Shown piece by piece: positions 1-8,360 of a DNA stretch of 32,000 nt. Each line of letters starts with the position of its first letter. The stretch's first letter is position 1. The position numbers and the translations under genes were made by a program. Below the pieces are notes generated by a model. It searched no databases. It saw nothing but the letters and a program-made list of their open reading frames with translations, and had not been told where the DNA came from. The DNA is from Candidatus Brocadia sp. (GTDB lineage: Bacteria; Planctomycetota; Brocadiia; Brocadiales; Brocadiaceae), in contig CP091279.1 of NCBI GenBank assembly GCA_021650915.1, positions 3,660,001 to 3,692,000 of the forward strand, written 5' to 3'.

Positions 1-2394
1 AGCAGCAACGGAACGAATGCCATTGAGGTGCGGGGCGGAGGTATTACCTTAAGCCGCACCTGGGTTCCGCAAGACTTCTACTTCAATGTAACGGGGAGTG
101 GTATCCATGTATTTAGCGACGCCATATTGACAATAAACCCGGGGTCTCTGGTAAAGTTTAACGCTATGACAGGCCTTTACATCGGGTATTACAGCGCTGC
201 TACCTTGATCGCCGATGGCACGAGCGGCAATCCCATTACCTTTACCTCAAATGGGGCAACTCCTGCGCCTGGTGGCTGGGAGGGAATCGTTTTTTACAAC
301 TCCACAGATGACGCCTCAACGATTTTGGACTATTGCACCGTGGAATACGGCGGGTATGACACTTTCAATTCCAACATCAATTGCGACCAGGCTTCGCCTA
401 CCATCCAGAATTGCACCATACGGCACTCTGACGGGTATGGGATATATTGTGATAACGGCGCAGCCCCTACGCTTACAAACAATACGATAAGCAACAATGG
501 ATTATTCCCCATAAGCGAGTTCTGCAACACGCTGGACAGCAATGTGACTGGGAATACGGGGATCGGCAACACGCCAAACGCCATTGAGGTGCGGGGCGGG
601 AATATAACGTTAAGTCATACCTGGGTTCCGCAAGACTTCTACTTCAATGTAACGGGGAGTGGTATCCATGTATTTAGCGACGCCATATTGACAATAAACC
701 CGGGGTCTCTGGTAAAGTTTAACGCTATGACAGGCCTTTACATCGGGTATTACAGCGCTGCTACCTTGATCGCCGATGGCACGAGCGGCAATCCCATTAC
801 CTTTACCTCAAATGGGGCAACTCCTGCGCCTGGTGACTGGGAGGGAATCGTTTTTTACAACTCCACAGATGACGCCTCAACGATTTTGGACTATTGCACC
901 GTGGAATACGGCGGGTATGACACTTATAATTCCAACATCAACTGCAATCAGGCTTCGCCTACCATTCAGCGTTGTCTCATAAGAAATTCGGATGGCTATG
1001 GAATTCATACAACGGGTAGCGGCGCACAGCCATTGATTTCTTGTTCAACGATAACGGACAACACACATGGCGTCTATGTAGCTAGTGGTAATCCAACCAT
1101 AGAAAATTGCAGCATTGCAGGCAATACAAGTTACGGAGTTTTCACTAATACATTCATTTATGCAGAAAACAACTGGTGGGGTAATGCCAGCGGTCCATCC
1201 GGCGTTGGACCAGGCTCTGGCGATGCCGTCAGCAGCGATGTGGACTATACCCCATGGTTAAGCGCGTATAACAGTTGTCTTGAGACGATTGTTTTAAGCC
1301 CGTCATCTGAGACGAATCTTATCGGCACCCAGCATACCGTTACTGCGACCGTGACAGATGATGCTTCTGACCCAATGGAGGGTATCGTGTTATTTTTTTA
1401 CATTACCTCTGGCCCACACGCAGGGCTAAATAGTAATGTTACAACGGATTCAAATGGTCAGGCGACGTTTACCTACACGGGGACGCTGGAAGGCACGGAC
1501 ATAATTGAGGCGAGTTTTACCGATTTTCACGGGCGGACCATAACATCAGGTCCGGTCACAAAGACGTGGGAATCGTTACCACCGACTCCAACGCCAACGC
1601 CTTCACCAACGCCGACACCGGAGCCAACACCAAGTCCAACACCGTCTCCAACACCGGAGCCAACACCGAGTCCAACCCCAAGTCCAACTCCGTCTCCGAC
1701 ACCAAGTCCGACCCCGACCCCTGCAGCATGTCCTTGTCCGGACGCAGAGGCATGCTATTCCTTTGACGAAGGGAATGGGAATGTGGCTGGCGACTCGTCG
1801 GGCAATGGTCATAACGGCGCAATCGCTGGCGCAAGCTGGACCATCGGAAATGACGGCAGTGGTCTGAGTTTTGACGGGGTTGACGATGAGGTATCAATTC
1901 CGGTCCTGAACAGCGAGGAAGTCTCCTTCAGCGCATGGTTCTATAAGAATGCGAATAATCCGTTGAGATATAGTTTCATCTTCGACGGAATCAGGACGCA
2001 TTCTAATTCACAATTGAATGAAGGATTTGCTCTTAAATTCTTAAAGAGAAATCCAAACGTAGTGGGTTTTGCTGTTGTAACACAAAACTCAAACGGAAGA
2101 AGGAAGCTGAGGACTGCGTCATACGATCTGGGTAATTCCGTAGGCAGCTGGTATCACGTTGCAGGTACGTACGACAAGGCCACCGGCGAGCAGAAGTTGT
2201 ATGTCAATGGGCAGCTGGTCAGGATGGTAAGACACCCGGCAGGAAACGGCATCGTTCCGCTGACCTCTTATCCTGGCATGAAAATCGGGAATTCCTTGTC
2301 GAAGAAAGGTTGCTTCAATGGTGTCATCGATGGGGTTTGTATTTCCACTCGGGCATTGACCGAGCAGGAGGTGCTGGACATCTACAATAACTAA
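1..2394 (+). CDS. Large secreted/surface repeat protein, 5' end outside window: parallel beta-helix modules + Ig-like domain + Pro/Thr linker + C-terminal LamG/ConA-like lectin domain
   Basis: Frame 1 is open from base 1 ([14 protein letters not shown]...); the track starts it at an internal Met at 28. Two ~187-aa modules carry beta-helix style motifs ([42 protein letters not shown]). They are followed by NNWWGN..GPSG, an Ig-like stretch ([18 protein letters not shown]), a ~50-aa P-T/S linker and a LamG-like end ([24 protein letters not shown]). The last ~325 aa are identical to the 3242..6841 product. Confidence 0.85.
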   Translation, partial: SSNGTNAIEVRGGGITLSRTWVPQDFYFNVTGSGIHVFSDAILTINPGSLVKFNAMTGLYIGYYSAATLIADGTSGNPITFTSNGATPAPGGWEGIVFYNSTDDASTILDYCTVEYGGYDTFNSNINCDQASPTIQNCTIRHSDGYGIYCDNGAAPTLTNNTISNNGLFPISEFCNTLDSNVTGNTGIGNTPNAIEVRGGNITLSHTWVPQDFYFNVTGSGIHVFSDAILTINPGSLVKFNAMTGLYIGYYSAATLIADGTSGNPITFTSNGATPAPGDWEGIVFYNSTDDASTILDYCTVEYGGYDTYNSNINCNQASPTIQRCLIRNSDGYGIHTTGSGAQPLISCSTITDNTHGVYVASGNPTIENCSIAGNTSYGVFTNTFIYAENNWWGNASGPSGVGPGSGDAVSSDVDYTPWLSAYNSCLETIVLSPSSETNLIGTQHTVTATVTDDASDPMEGIVLFFYITSGPHAGLNSNVTTDSNGQATFTYTGTLEGTDIIEASFTDFHGRTITSGPVTKTWESLPPTPTPTPSPTPTPEPTPSPTPSPTPEPTPSPTPSPTPSPTPSPTPTPAACPCPDAEACYSFDEGNGNVAGDSSGNGHNGAIAGASWTIGNDGSGLSFDGVDDEVSIPVLNSEEVSFSAWFYKNANNPLRYSFIFDGIRTHSNSQLNEGFALKFLKRNPNVVGFAVVTQNSNGRRKLRTASYDLGNSVGSWYHVAGTYDKATGEQKLYVNGQLVRMVRHPAGNGIVPLTSYPGMKIGNSLSKKGCFNGVIDGVCISTRALTEQEVLDIYNN
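20..940. repeat. Intragenic tandem repeat, period 561 bp (beta-helix module)
   Basis: 62-375 is almost base-for-base repeated at 623-936; I saw ~3 mismatches (ggtggctggg/ggtgactggg, ctttcaattcc/cttataattcc). Confidence 0.9.
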
Positions 2395-2438
2395 CGAAGG
2401 CAAGCTCTCAACGGAGGAGGTTGAGGAGCGGAGTAAAG

Positions 2439-2505
2439 ACAGGCAGGGGGCGTTTCCCGATGTTTCAGAGACATGAGGGAATTCGCCTCCTGCCTGTTTG
2501 TTTTA
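2439..2505 (+). terminator. Long imperfect hairpin plus T-rich tail 45 nt after the stop codon (candidate terminator)
   Basis: acaggcaggggg (2439-2450) pairs with cctcctgcctgt (2486-2497), 12 bp with one G-U, around a 35-nt loop that contains an inner tccc..ggga / atgt..acat hairpin. It is followed by ttgtttta. An identical copy lies after the paralogue. Confidence 0.45.
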
Positions 2506-2518
2506 TGGTAAGGGATTT

Positions 2519-2648
2519 GTACACTTTAGCTTTTTGAAAAATTCTCTCTATGAGCAATATTGTCTTGTATGGGCAGGTTTCAAACCTGCCCATACACAGT
2601 ATGGTAAACATTGTCTTTGTTGGGATTTTTCAAAAAGCTAAAGTGTCA
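2519..2648. mobile_element. MITE-like palindromic element (family E), ~130 bp
   Basis: Terminal inverted repeats acactttagctttttgaaaaat (2521-2542) and atttttcaaaaagctaaagtgt (2625-2646). Central 13-bp hairpin gtatgggcaggtt-tca-aacctgcccatac (2567-2595). The same termini recur at 8361, 20729 and 31510, and as a half copy at 21071. Confidence 0.6.
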
Positions 2649-2885
2649 TAGGGATTTTAGTCAGAGCCGTGCTGATGGCTCTGACTCTTCGTCCCGGAGA
2701 ATCTGTGTCGGGCGCTGCCATATCCATGTCCTTTCCATCGTGTGAGCAGCAACCCAGGACAGCCCGGAAACCACTGGAAGAGTCAGGAACATAGTCTTTT
2801 TCGGCTGCAGTGAGCGTTTTTCTGCAAACGCTCGTTCCTTTTACAAAGAACCGAAGGGTTCGGGATGATCTCTGTTATTTTTCTG

Positions 2886-2913
2886 TTGAAAAATAATTAT
2901 TTTAAAGTATAAT
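2886..2913 (+). promoter_or_regulatory. Sigma-70-type promoter candidate
   Basis: TTGAAA (2886-2891), 16-nt spacer, TATAAT (2908-2913). It lies ~40 nt upstream of the riboswitch-like element in an AT-rich stretch. Confidence 0.5.
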
Positions 2914-2949
2914 ATCTGTGCCTCTTTTTTATTAAGCGGCATGATTAGT

Positions 2950-3045
2950 GGTTTGATAAAGGCAAACCCTGAGCAATCAGGGGACGCAAAGGAAAGGGTC
3001 TTCCCCTGTACACGGTAGTAGAGGGGTAAAATAACGGGTTGTTAC
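2950..3045 (+). promoter_or_regulatory. Candidate c-di-GMP-I (GEMM-I) riboswitch aptamer
   Basis: AAAGGCAAACC (2958-2968). A 6-bp helix ccctga/tcaggg capped by a GCAA (GNRA) tetraloop (2967-2982). GACGCAAAG (2983-2991). Downstream CGGTAGTAGAGGGG (3012-3025) and ACGGGTTG (3033-3040). As I recall it, this parallels V. cholerae Vc2: GGCAAACC-AUUCGAAAGAGU-GGGACGCAAAG ... CGGUAGGUAGCGGGGUUACCG. I could not fold the second hairpin convincingly by hand. Confidence 0.6.
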
Positions 3046-3076
3046 GTATACGGAAATACGGGTAGCACAAAAAGAT

Positions 3077-3130
3077 AGCCTTACTGCCAAAAAATATTTA
3101 TATAAATCTTTGGCAGTAAGGCTTTTTTTT
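3077..3130 (+). terminator. Rho-independent terminator (probable riboswitch expression platform)
   Basis: Perfect 15-bp stem agccttactgccaaa (3077-3091) / tttggcagtaaggct (3109-3123), a 17-nt AT loop and a T8 run (3123-3130). It sits 112 nt upstream of the 3242 start codon. Confidence 0.8.
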
Positions 3131-3241
3131 GGCTTTTTGGTGAAATTCATTTCGTGAAAGGAGGGCAATTGCAACAAAAGGTGGACATGGAAATGGCTGA
3201 ATATCAATTTTTTTGTTTTAGAGAAGAGGAGGAAATGACGT

Positions 3242-6200
3242 ATGACGATTAATAAAAAGTCTCGAACAACACCATCGCTGTTGAGCGCCATGGTGTTCAT
3301 ATGTGCGGTTTTTATGGTGACCTTATGCGGGACAGGGGTTACCTATGGACTTACCCATAGCAGCAATATTACCAGTGATGAGACGTGGTATGCCGCTGAC
3401 AATCCCCATATCGTTACAGGAGGCATACACGTATACAACAATGCTACATTAAAGATAGAGGCGGGGTGTCTGGTAAAGTTTGATCCAGGAGCGGTCCTTT
3501 ACATTGGGTATTACAGCGGGGCTGCCCTGAACGCCACGGGTACAAGCCTTAATCCCATCACCTTTACCTCAAATGCATCAACCCCTGCTGCTGGTGATTG
3601 GCTGGGAATCGTCTTTTTCAATAGCACCGTTGATAGCTCAACGATTATGGACTATTGCACGGTGGAATACGGCGGATACTCATCATATAATTCCAACATC
3701 TATTGCGACAACGCCTCGCCTACCATCCAGCATTGCACCATACGGCATTCTGACGGGTATGGGATATATTGTGACAACGGTTCAGCCCCCACGTTGACGA
3801 ACAATACGATAAGTAACAACATCATTTACCCAATAACCTTATTTTGCAACAATCTGGACACCCATGTAACGGGGAATACGGGGACCGGAAATGGGACGGA
3901 CGCCATTGAGGTGCGGGGCCAGAATATAACGTCAAGCCATACCTGGGTTCCGCAAGATTTCTACTTTAATGTAACGAGTAGTATCCATGTATTAAGTGAC
4001 GCCACCTTGACAATAAATCCGGGGAGTCTGGTGAAGTTTAATGCTAACACAGCCCTTTTCATCGGGTACTACAGCGGGGCTACCCTGGTTGCCGATGGTA
4101 CGAGCGGCAATCCCATCACCTTTACCTCGAATGCAGCAACCCCTGCACCTGGTGACTGGGCTGGAATCGTCTTTTTCAATAGCACCGTTGATAGCTCAAC
4201 GATTATGGACTATTGCACGGTGGAATACGGCGGATACTCAACATATGATTCCAACATCTATTGCGACAACGCCTCGCCTACCATCCAGCATTGCACCGTA
4301 CGGCATTCTGACGGGTATGGGATATATTGTGACAACGGTTCAGCCCCCACGTTGACGAACAATACGATAAGTAACAACATCATTTACCCAATAACCTTAT
4401 TTTGCAACAATCTGGACACCCATGTAACGGGGAATACGGGGACCGGAAATGGGACGGACGCCATTGAGGTGCGGGGCCAGAATATAACGTCAAGCCATAC
4501 CTGGGTTCCGCAAGATTTCTACTTTAATGTAACGAGTAGTATCCATGTATTAAGTGACGCCACCTTGACAATAAATCCCGGGAGTCTGGTGAAGTTTAAT
4601 GCTAACACAGCCCTTTTCATCGGGTACTACAGCGGGGCTACCCTGGTTGCCGATGGTACGAGCGGCAATCCGATCACCTTTACCTCGAATGCAGCAACCC
4701 CTGCACCTGGTGACTGGGCTGGAATCGTCTTCTTCAATCACACGGTGGATGTCTCAACGATTATGGACCATTGCACGGTGGAATACGGCGGATACTCATC
4801 ATATGATTCCAACATCTATTGCGACAACGCCTCGCCTACCATCCAGCATTGCACCATACGTTATTCTGACGGGTATGGGATATTTTGTGACAACATTTCA
4901 GCCCCCACGTTGACCAACAATACGATAAGCAACAACAGTTTATTCCCCATACGCGAGTATAGCAACATGCTGGACAGCAATGTGACGGGCAATACCGGAA
5001 GCAATAATGGGACGAATGCCATTGAGGTGCGGGGTGGAAGTATAACGTCAAGCCATACCTGGGTTCCACAAGACTTCTACTTCAATGTAACGGAGGCTAT
5101 CTATGTATATGGTAACGCCACCTTGACGATAAATCCGGGGAGTCTGGTGAAGTTTAATGCAGGCGCAGGCTTTTACATCGGGTATTACAGCGGAGCTGCT
5201 TTGGTAGCCGATGGTACGAGCGGTGATCCTATCATCTTTACCTCAAATGTATCAACCCCTGCGCCTGGCGACTGGCTAGGGATCGTATTCTTCATTCATA
5301 CCAATAATAGCGCGACGATTATGGACAATTGCACGGTGGAATACGGCGGATACGGATCATATAATTCCAACATTAACTGCAATCAGGCTTCGCCTACCAT
5401 TCAGCGTTGTATCATAAGAAATTCGGATGGACATGGAGTTTTTACAACGGGTAACGGCGCACAACCATTGATCTCTTGTTCAACAATAACGGGCAATCAG
5501 CATGGTGTCTATGCAGAAAATAGTTCCAATCCAACCGTAGTAAATTGCAGTATTAGCGGCAATACCACGTACGGTGTTTACAATGTTACCAGCGCCATTA
5601 CCCTCGCCGCTGCGAACAACTGGTGGGGTAACACCAGCGGCCCGTCCGGCGTTGGACCAGGTGCTGGCGATGCCGTCAGCAACTATGTGGACTATACCCC
5701 ATGGTTAAGCGCGTATGACAGTTGTCTTGAGACGATTGTGTTAAGCCCGGCATCTGAGACGAATCTTATCGGCACCCAGCATACCGTTACTGCGACCGTG
5801 ACAGATGATGCTTCTGACCCAATAGAGGGCATCGTGTTATTTTTCGACATTACCGCTGGCCCACACGCGGGGCTAAATAGTAATGTCACAACGGATTCAA
5901 ATGGTCAGGCGACGTTTACCTACACGGGGACGCTGGAAGGCACGGACATAATTGAGGCGAGTTTTACCGATTTCCACGGGCGGACCATAACATCAGGTCC
6001 GGTCACAAAGACGTGGGAATCGTTACCACCGACTCCGACGCCAACGCCTTCACCAACGCCGACACCGGAGCCAACACCAAGTCCAACACCGTCTCCAACA
6101 CCGGAGCCAACACCGAGTCCGACCCCAAGTCCAACTCCGTCTCCGACACCAAGTCCGACACCGACCCCTGCAGCATGTCCTTGTCCGGACGCAGAGGCAT

Positions 6201-6841
6201 GCTATTCCTTTGACGAAGGGAATGGGAATGTGGCTGGCGACTCGTCGGGCAATGGTCATAACGGCGCAATCGCTGGCGCAAGCTGGACCATCGGAAATGA
6301 CGGCAGTGGTCTGAGTTTTGACGGGGTTGACGATGAGGTATCAATTCCGGTCCTGAACAGCGAGGAAGTCTCCTTCAGCGCATGGTTCTATAAGAATGCG
6401 AATAATCCGTTGAGATATAGTTTCATCTTCGACGGAATCAGGACGCATTCTAATTCACAATTGAATGAAGGATTTGCTCTTAAATTCTTAAAGAGAAATC
6501 CAAACGTAGTGGGTTTTGCTGTTGTAACACAAAACTCAAACGGAAGAAGGAAGCTGAGGACTGCGTCATACGATCTGGGTAATTCCGTAGGCAGCTGGTA
6601 TCACGTTGCAGGTACGTACGACAAGGCCACCGGCGAGCAGAAGTTGTATGTCAATGGGCAGCTGGTCAGGATGGTAAGACACCCGGCAGGAAACGGCATC
6701 GTTCCGCTGACCTCTTATCCTGGCATGAAAATCGGGAATTCCTTGTCGAAGAAAGGTTGCTTCAATGGTGTCATCGATGGGGTTTGTATTTCCACTCGGG
6801 CATTGACCGAGCAGGAGGTGCTGGACATCTACAATAACTAA
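3242..6841 (+). CDS. 1199-aa secreted/surface repeat protein: signal/anchor peptide, four ~186-aa beta-helix modules, terminal beta-helix cap, Ig-like domain, Pro/Thr linker, LamG/ConA-like lectin domain
   Basis: RBS gaggagg lies 8 nt before the ATG. The N-terminus has a basic stretch followed by a hydrophobic one ([26 protein letters not shown]). Modules repeat [12 protein letters not shown]...GDWAGIVFF...CTVEYGG...[26 protein letters not shown], Ig-like, PT-linker and LamG motifs as in the upstream paralogue. Confidence 0.92.
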   Translation: MTINKKSRTTPSLLSAMVFICAVFMVTLCGTGVTYGLTHSSNITSDETWYAADNPHIVTGGIHVYNNATLKIEAGCLVKFDPGAVLYIGYYSGAALNATGTSLNPITFTSNASTPAAGDWLGIVFFNSTVDSSTIMDYCTVEYGGYSSYNSNIYCDNASPTIQHCTIRHSDGYGIYCDNGSAPTLTNNTISNNIIYPITLFCNNLDTHVTGNTGTGNGTDAIEVRGQNITSSHTWVPQDFYFNVTSSIHVLSDATLTINPGSLVKFNANTALFIGYYSGATLVADGTSGNPITFTSNAATPAPGDWAGIVFFNSTVDSSTIMDYCTVEYGGYSTYDSNIYCDNASPTIQHCTVRHSDGYGIYCDNGSAPTLTNNTISNNIIYPITLFCNNLDTHVTGNTGTGNGTDAIEVRGQNITSSHTWVPQDFYFNVTSSIHVLSDATLTINPGSLVKFNANTALFIGYYSGATLVADGTSGNPITFTSNAATPAPGDWAGIVFFNHTVDVSTIMDHCTVEYGGYSSYDSNIYCDNASPTIQHCTIRYSDGYGIFCDNISAPTLTNNTISNNSLFPIREYSNMLDSNVTGNTGSNNGTNAIEVRGGSITSSHTWVPQDFYFNVTEAIYVYGNATLTINPGSLVKFNAGAGFYIGYYSGAALVADGTSGDPIIFTSNVSTPAPGDWLGIVFFIHTNNSATIMDNCTVEYGGYGSYNSNINCNQASPTIQRCIIRNSDGHGVFTTGNGAQPLISCSTITGNQHGVYAENSSNPTVVNCSISGNTTYGVYNVTSAITLAAANNWWGNTSGPSGVGPGAGDAVSNYVDYTPWLSAYDSCLETIVLSPASETNLIGTQHTVTATVTDDASDPIEGIVLFFDITAGPHAGLNSNVTTDSNGQATFTYTGTLEGTDIIEASFTDFHGRTITSGPVTKTWESLPPTPTPTPSPTPTPEPTPSPTPSPTPEPTPSPTPSPTPSPTPSPTPTPAACPCPDAEACYSFDEGNGNVAGDSSGNGHNGAIAGASWTIGNDGSGLSFDGVDDEVSIPVLNSEEVSFSAWFYKNANNPLRYSFIFDGIRTHSNSQLNEGFALKFLKRNPNVVGFAVVTQNSNGRRKLRTASYDLGNSVGSWYHVAGTYDKATGEQKLYVNGQLVRMVRHPAGNGIVPLTSYPGMKIGNSLSKKGCFNGVIDGVCISTRALTEQEVLDIYNN
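3601..4730. repeat. Intragenic tandem repeat, period 558 bp, ~2 nearly identical copies (more diverged copies extend ~3340-5400)
   Basis: 3601-4172 matches 4159-4730 with about six mismatches seen by eye. The ORF-track alternate-frame ORFs 4041..4355 and 4599..4913 translate almost identically. Confidence 0.9.
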
Positions 6842-6885
6842 CGAAGGCAAGCTCTCAACGGAGGAGGTTGAGGAGCGGAGTAAAG

Positions 6886-6952
6886 ACAGGCAGGGGGCGT
6901 TTCCCGATGTTTCAGAGACATGAGGGAATTCGTCTCCTGCCTGTTTGTTTTA
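6886..6952 (+). terminator. Second copy of the long hairpin/T-rich candidate terminator
   Basis: Same sequence as 2439-2505 at offset 4447. The single c-to-t change converts a G-C pair into G-U, so pairing is retained. Confidence 0.45.
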
Positions 6953-7140
6953 TGGCAAGAAATTTCACGAAGCCGCTGAAATCTCTTCTCCGTCTTGTCT
7001 GTAGACGGACAGGCCAAGAAAACCCTGAACGAGGAAATCGTTGCAACAAAGGCCTAAATATGCTATAAAGACCATTTATCCTTGATGCTCCCCTTCCGCT
7101 GGTTCATGGATCTGTTCTGCCAAGGCGCTTAATGCAGAGG

Positions 7141-7205
7141 AATTTTACAGTTGCGGTTGTAGAGCGACGAGGCTCGTTGCCCTACCTTGAATGCTAAGGA
7201 ATTTC
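7141..7205. repeat. REP-like hairpin unit (family B) with flanking aggaatttcaaa motif
   Basis: gtagagcgacgaggctcgttgccctac (7159-7185), followed by cttgaatgctaaggaatttcaaa. Related copies at 13054, 25289 and 26692. Confidence 0.7.
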
Positions 7206-7334
7206 AAAATTTTACCTTCCCCTTAACTCCTCTCAGTGAGGGTGATAACGACTGTTCCCCGCTGGCAGGGGTGAAGGGGGTGGAGTTTTGTTGAAAAAAA
7301 CGTGTAATTGCAACAAAGTCACCGGAGGCCTGAT
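7206..7334. repeat. Dispersed repeat family D, copy 1 (left arm of a ~130-bp inverted repeat)
   Basis: aaaattttacc...cagtgagggtga...ccccgctggcaggggtgaagggggtggagttttgttgaaaaaaacgtgtaattgcaacaaagtcaccggaggcctgatt is the near-exact reverse complement of 8230-8359. A third, truncated copy lies at 26753-26832. Confidence 0.85.
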
Positions 7335-7383
7335 TAAAACAAGGGTATTTTCATATACGAAATAGATTACAAGGGAGGAAGAG

Positions 7384-7704
7384 ATGAACAAGAAGATTAC
7401 TTTTGAAAAAAACAACTTTAAGGGCGTCTTATTACCAAAGGAATTTACTGCCGACATTCTGGTGGAGGGAAACAACATTTCCGGGGAGCCGTTTGTTGCC
7501 CTGAATACGAATAGCGGATTGCCCTACGTGAAGGATTATTATGTCCGCTGGGGAAAACCTGTAGGGAAGGATGAGCCTTCCGGCGTGATCCTGCTCACCG
7601 TGCGGTTTGAGGATGAGATTTTAGAAAACCATAAGCTGAAGGGGTCGCTCTCGGTAAATCTTTACGTACAGGGGGCTACCAATTACATCATCAATTGGCA
7701 TTAG
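7384..7704 (+). CDS. Hypothetical 106-aa protein (no signal peptide, no recognisable motif)
   Basis: Strong RBS aagggaggaag lies 5 nt before the ATG. The ORF is clean, with balanced composition and alternating beta-strand-like patterns (VILLTVRFED, SLSVNLYVQG). It is convergent with the cytochrome gene. Confidence 0.6.
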   Translation: MNKKITFEKNNFKGVLLPKEFTADILVEGNNISGEPFVALNTNSGLPYVKDYYVRWGKPVGKDEPSGVILLTVRFEDEILENHKLKGSLSVNLYVQGATNYIINWH

Positions 7705-7776
7705 CGCACGAAGCTTTTGATTTACAAAAACCGGTATCATTCTGTTGTTAATGCGGCAAGAATCGAAATACCGCTA

Positions 7777-8202
7777 TTATGGTCGCCGGGTTTCCGGGGT
7801 ATAGTGCGCCTGGAGGTATGCAATAATCTGCTGCGTCTCTTCCTCCGGAATCAATGCCCCGTACGTATCAATCATCTTGACGACCTCGTCTTTCCACGTC
7901 GCTGCCGGAAGCGGGGGCTGCATGGTAATGTAGGTGACGCTGTGACACAGATTGCAGTAGCCCTGTAACGCCTCTTTGCCTTCGCCCGGCGCCAGATCAG
8001 GGGTATAGAGGGGATATGTCTCCACACGGTAGACCGCATCTAATGTTTGTTTCATAGCATCGGGCTGAGGAATACTAAGCAGCGCCCCCTTACGGTATTG
8101 CCCACTAAGAACCAGTCCATGAAGATTGGTTTTGGCCAGAAGCGGGGTATTCAGGACGATTATGAGAAGAAGACCTGTCAAAACCGATAGTATCTTTTTC
8201 AT
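7777..8202 (-). CDS. Monoheme c-type cytochrome, SorB-like partner of the adjacent molybdoenzyme
   Basis: Single CNLCH haem-binding motif. I prefer the start MKKILSVLTGLLLIIVLNTPLLA (signal peptide, ATG at 8202) because the 25 upstream codons of the track ORF (to 8277) run into repeat family D. It is on the same strand as the SorA-like gene and downstream of it. Confidence 0.75.
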   Translation of the reverse strand: MKKILSVLTGLLLIIVLNTPLLAKTNLHGLVLSGQYRKGALLSIPQPDAMKQTLDAVYRVETYPLYTPDLAPGEGKEALQGYCNLCHSVTYITMQPPLPAATWKDEVVKMIDTYGALIPEEETQQIIAYLQAHYTPETRRP

Positions 8203-8229
8203 CGCAGACCTTTCTTTGGTTAGATTTTT

Positions 8230-8359
8230 AATTAGGCCTTCGGCAACTTTGTTGCAATTACACGTTTTTTTCAACAAAACTCCACCCCCTTCACCCCTGC
8301 CAGCGGGGGACAGTTATTGTCACCCTCACTGAGGGGGATTAAGGGGGAGGTAAAATTTT
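8230..8359. repeat. Dispersed repeat family D, copy 2 (right arm of the inverted repeat)
   Basis: aattaggccttcggcaactttgttgcaattacacgtttttttcaacaaaactccacccccttcacccctgccagcgggggacagttattgtcaccctcactgagggggattaagggggaggtaaaatttt. Confidence 0.85.
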
Positions 8360-8360
8360 G

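Noticed and set aside
215-2403. Many alternate-frame and antisense ORFs inside the first beta-helix gene (215..490, 330..584, 776..982, 1556..1897, 1566..1766, 1603..1812, 2119..2403)
   Set aside because: They are fully nested in a much longer ORF with clear domain structure and lack an RBS. They recur only because the underlying DNA is duplicated. The Arg/Trp/Cys-rich translations of the PT-linker antisense are compositional artefacts.
2977-3300. 107-aa minus-strand ORF
   Set aside because: It runs antisense through the riboswitch-like element, the 15-bp terminator stem and the start of the 3242 gene. Its composition is poor and it has no RBS.
3242-6841. High density of N-x-S/T sequons in the beta-helix modules (about 7 per 186-aa unit) as evidence for N-glycosylation, linked to the glycosylation trio at 17762-20443
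   Set aside because: The modules are intrinsically Asn-, Ser- and Thr-rich, so a count near this is expected by composition. The glycosyltransferase genes are 11 kb away in a different operon, and nothing in the sequence ties them together.
3573-6850. The equivalent nested ORFs inside the second beta-helix gene (3573..3797, 4041..4355, 4599..4913, 4550..4741, 4836..5069, 5692..5889, 6003..6344, 6013..6213, 6050..6259, 6566..6850)
   Set aside because: Same reasoning. Their pairwise identity reflects the 558-bp tandem repeat and the inter-gene duplication, not selection on these frames.
6868-7068. 66-aa plus-strand ORF after the second surface-protein gene
   Set aside because: It starts inside the duplicated 3' flank/terminator hairpin, and the first copy of that flank has no equivalent intact ORF. 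It is Arg-rich with low coding plausibility.
7300-7340. The inner end of repeat family D (TTGCAA-N17-T(G/A)ATTA) as a portable promoter driving both inward-facing genes
   Set aside because: The candidate -10 hexamers match the consensus at only 2-3 of 6 positions, the better A/T hexamers give 19-21-nt spacers, and the third copy (26753) faces no gene.
7233-7478. ORFs 7233..7478 (-) and 8126..8332 (+), which share the peptide ATLLQLHVFFNKTPPPSPLPAG
   Set aside because: The shared peptide is simply the translation of repeat family D on both inverted arms. Both ORFs overlap better-supported genes.
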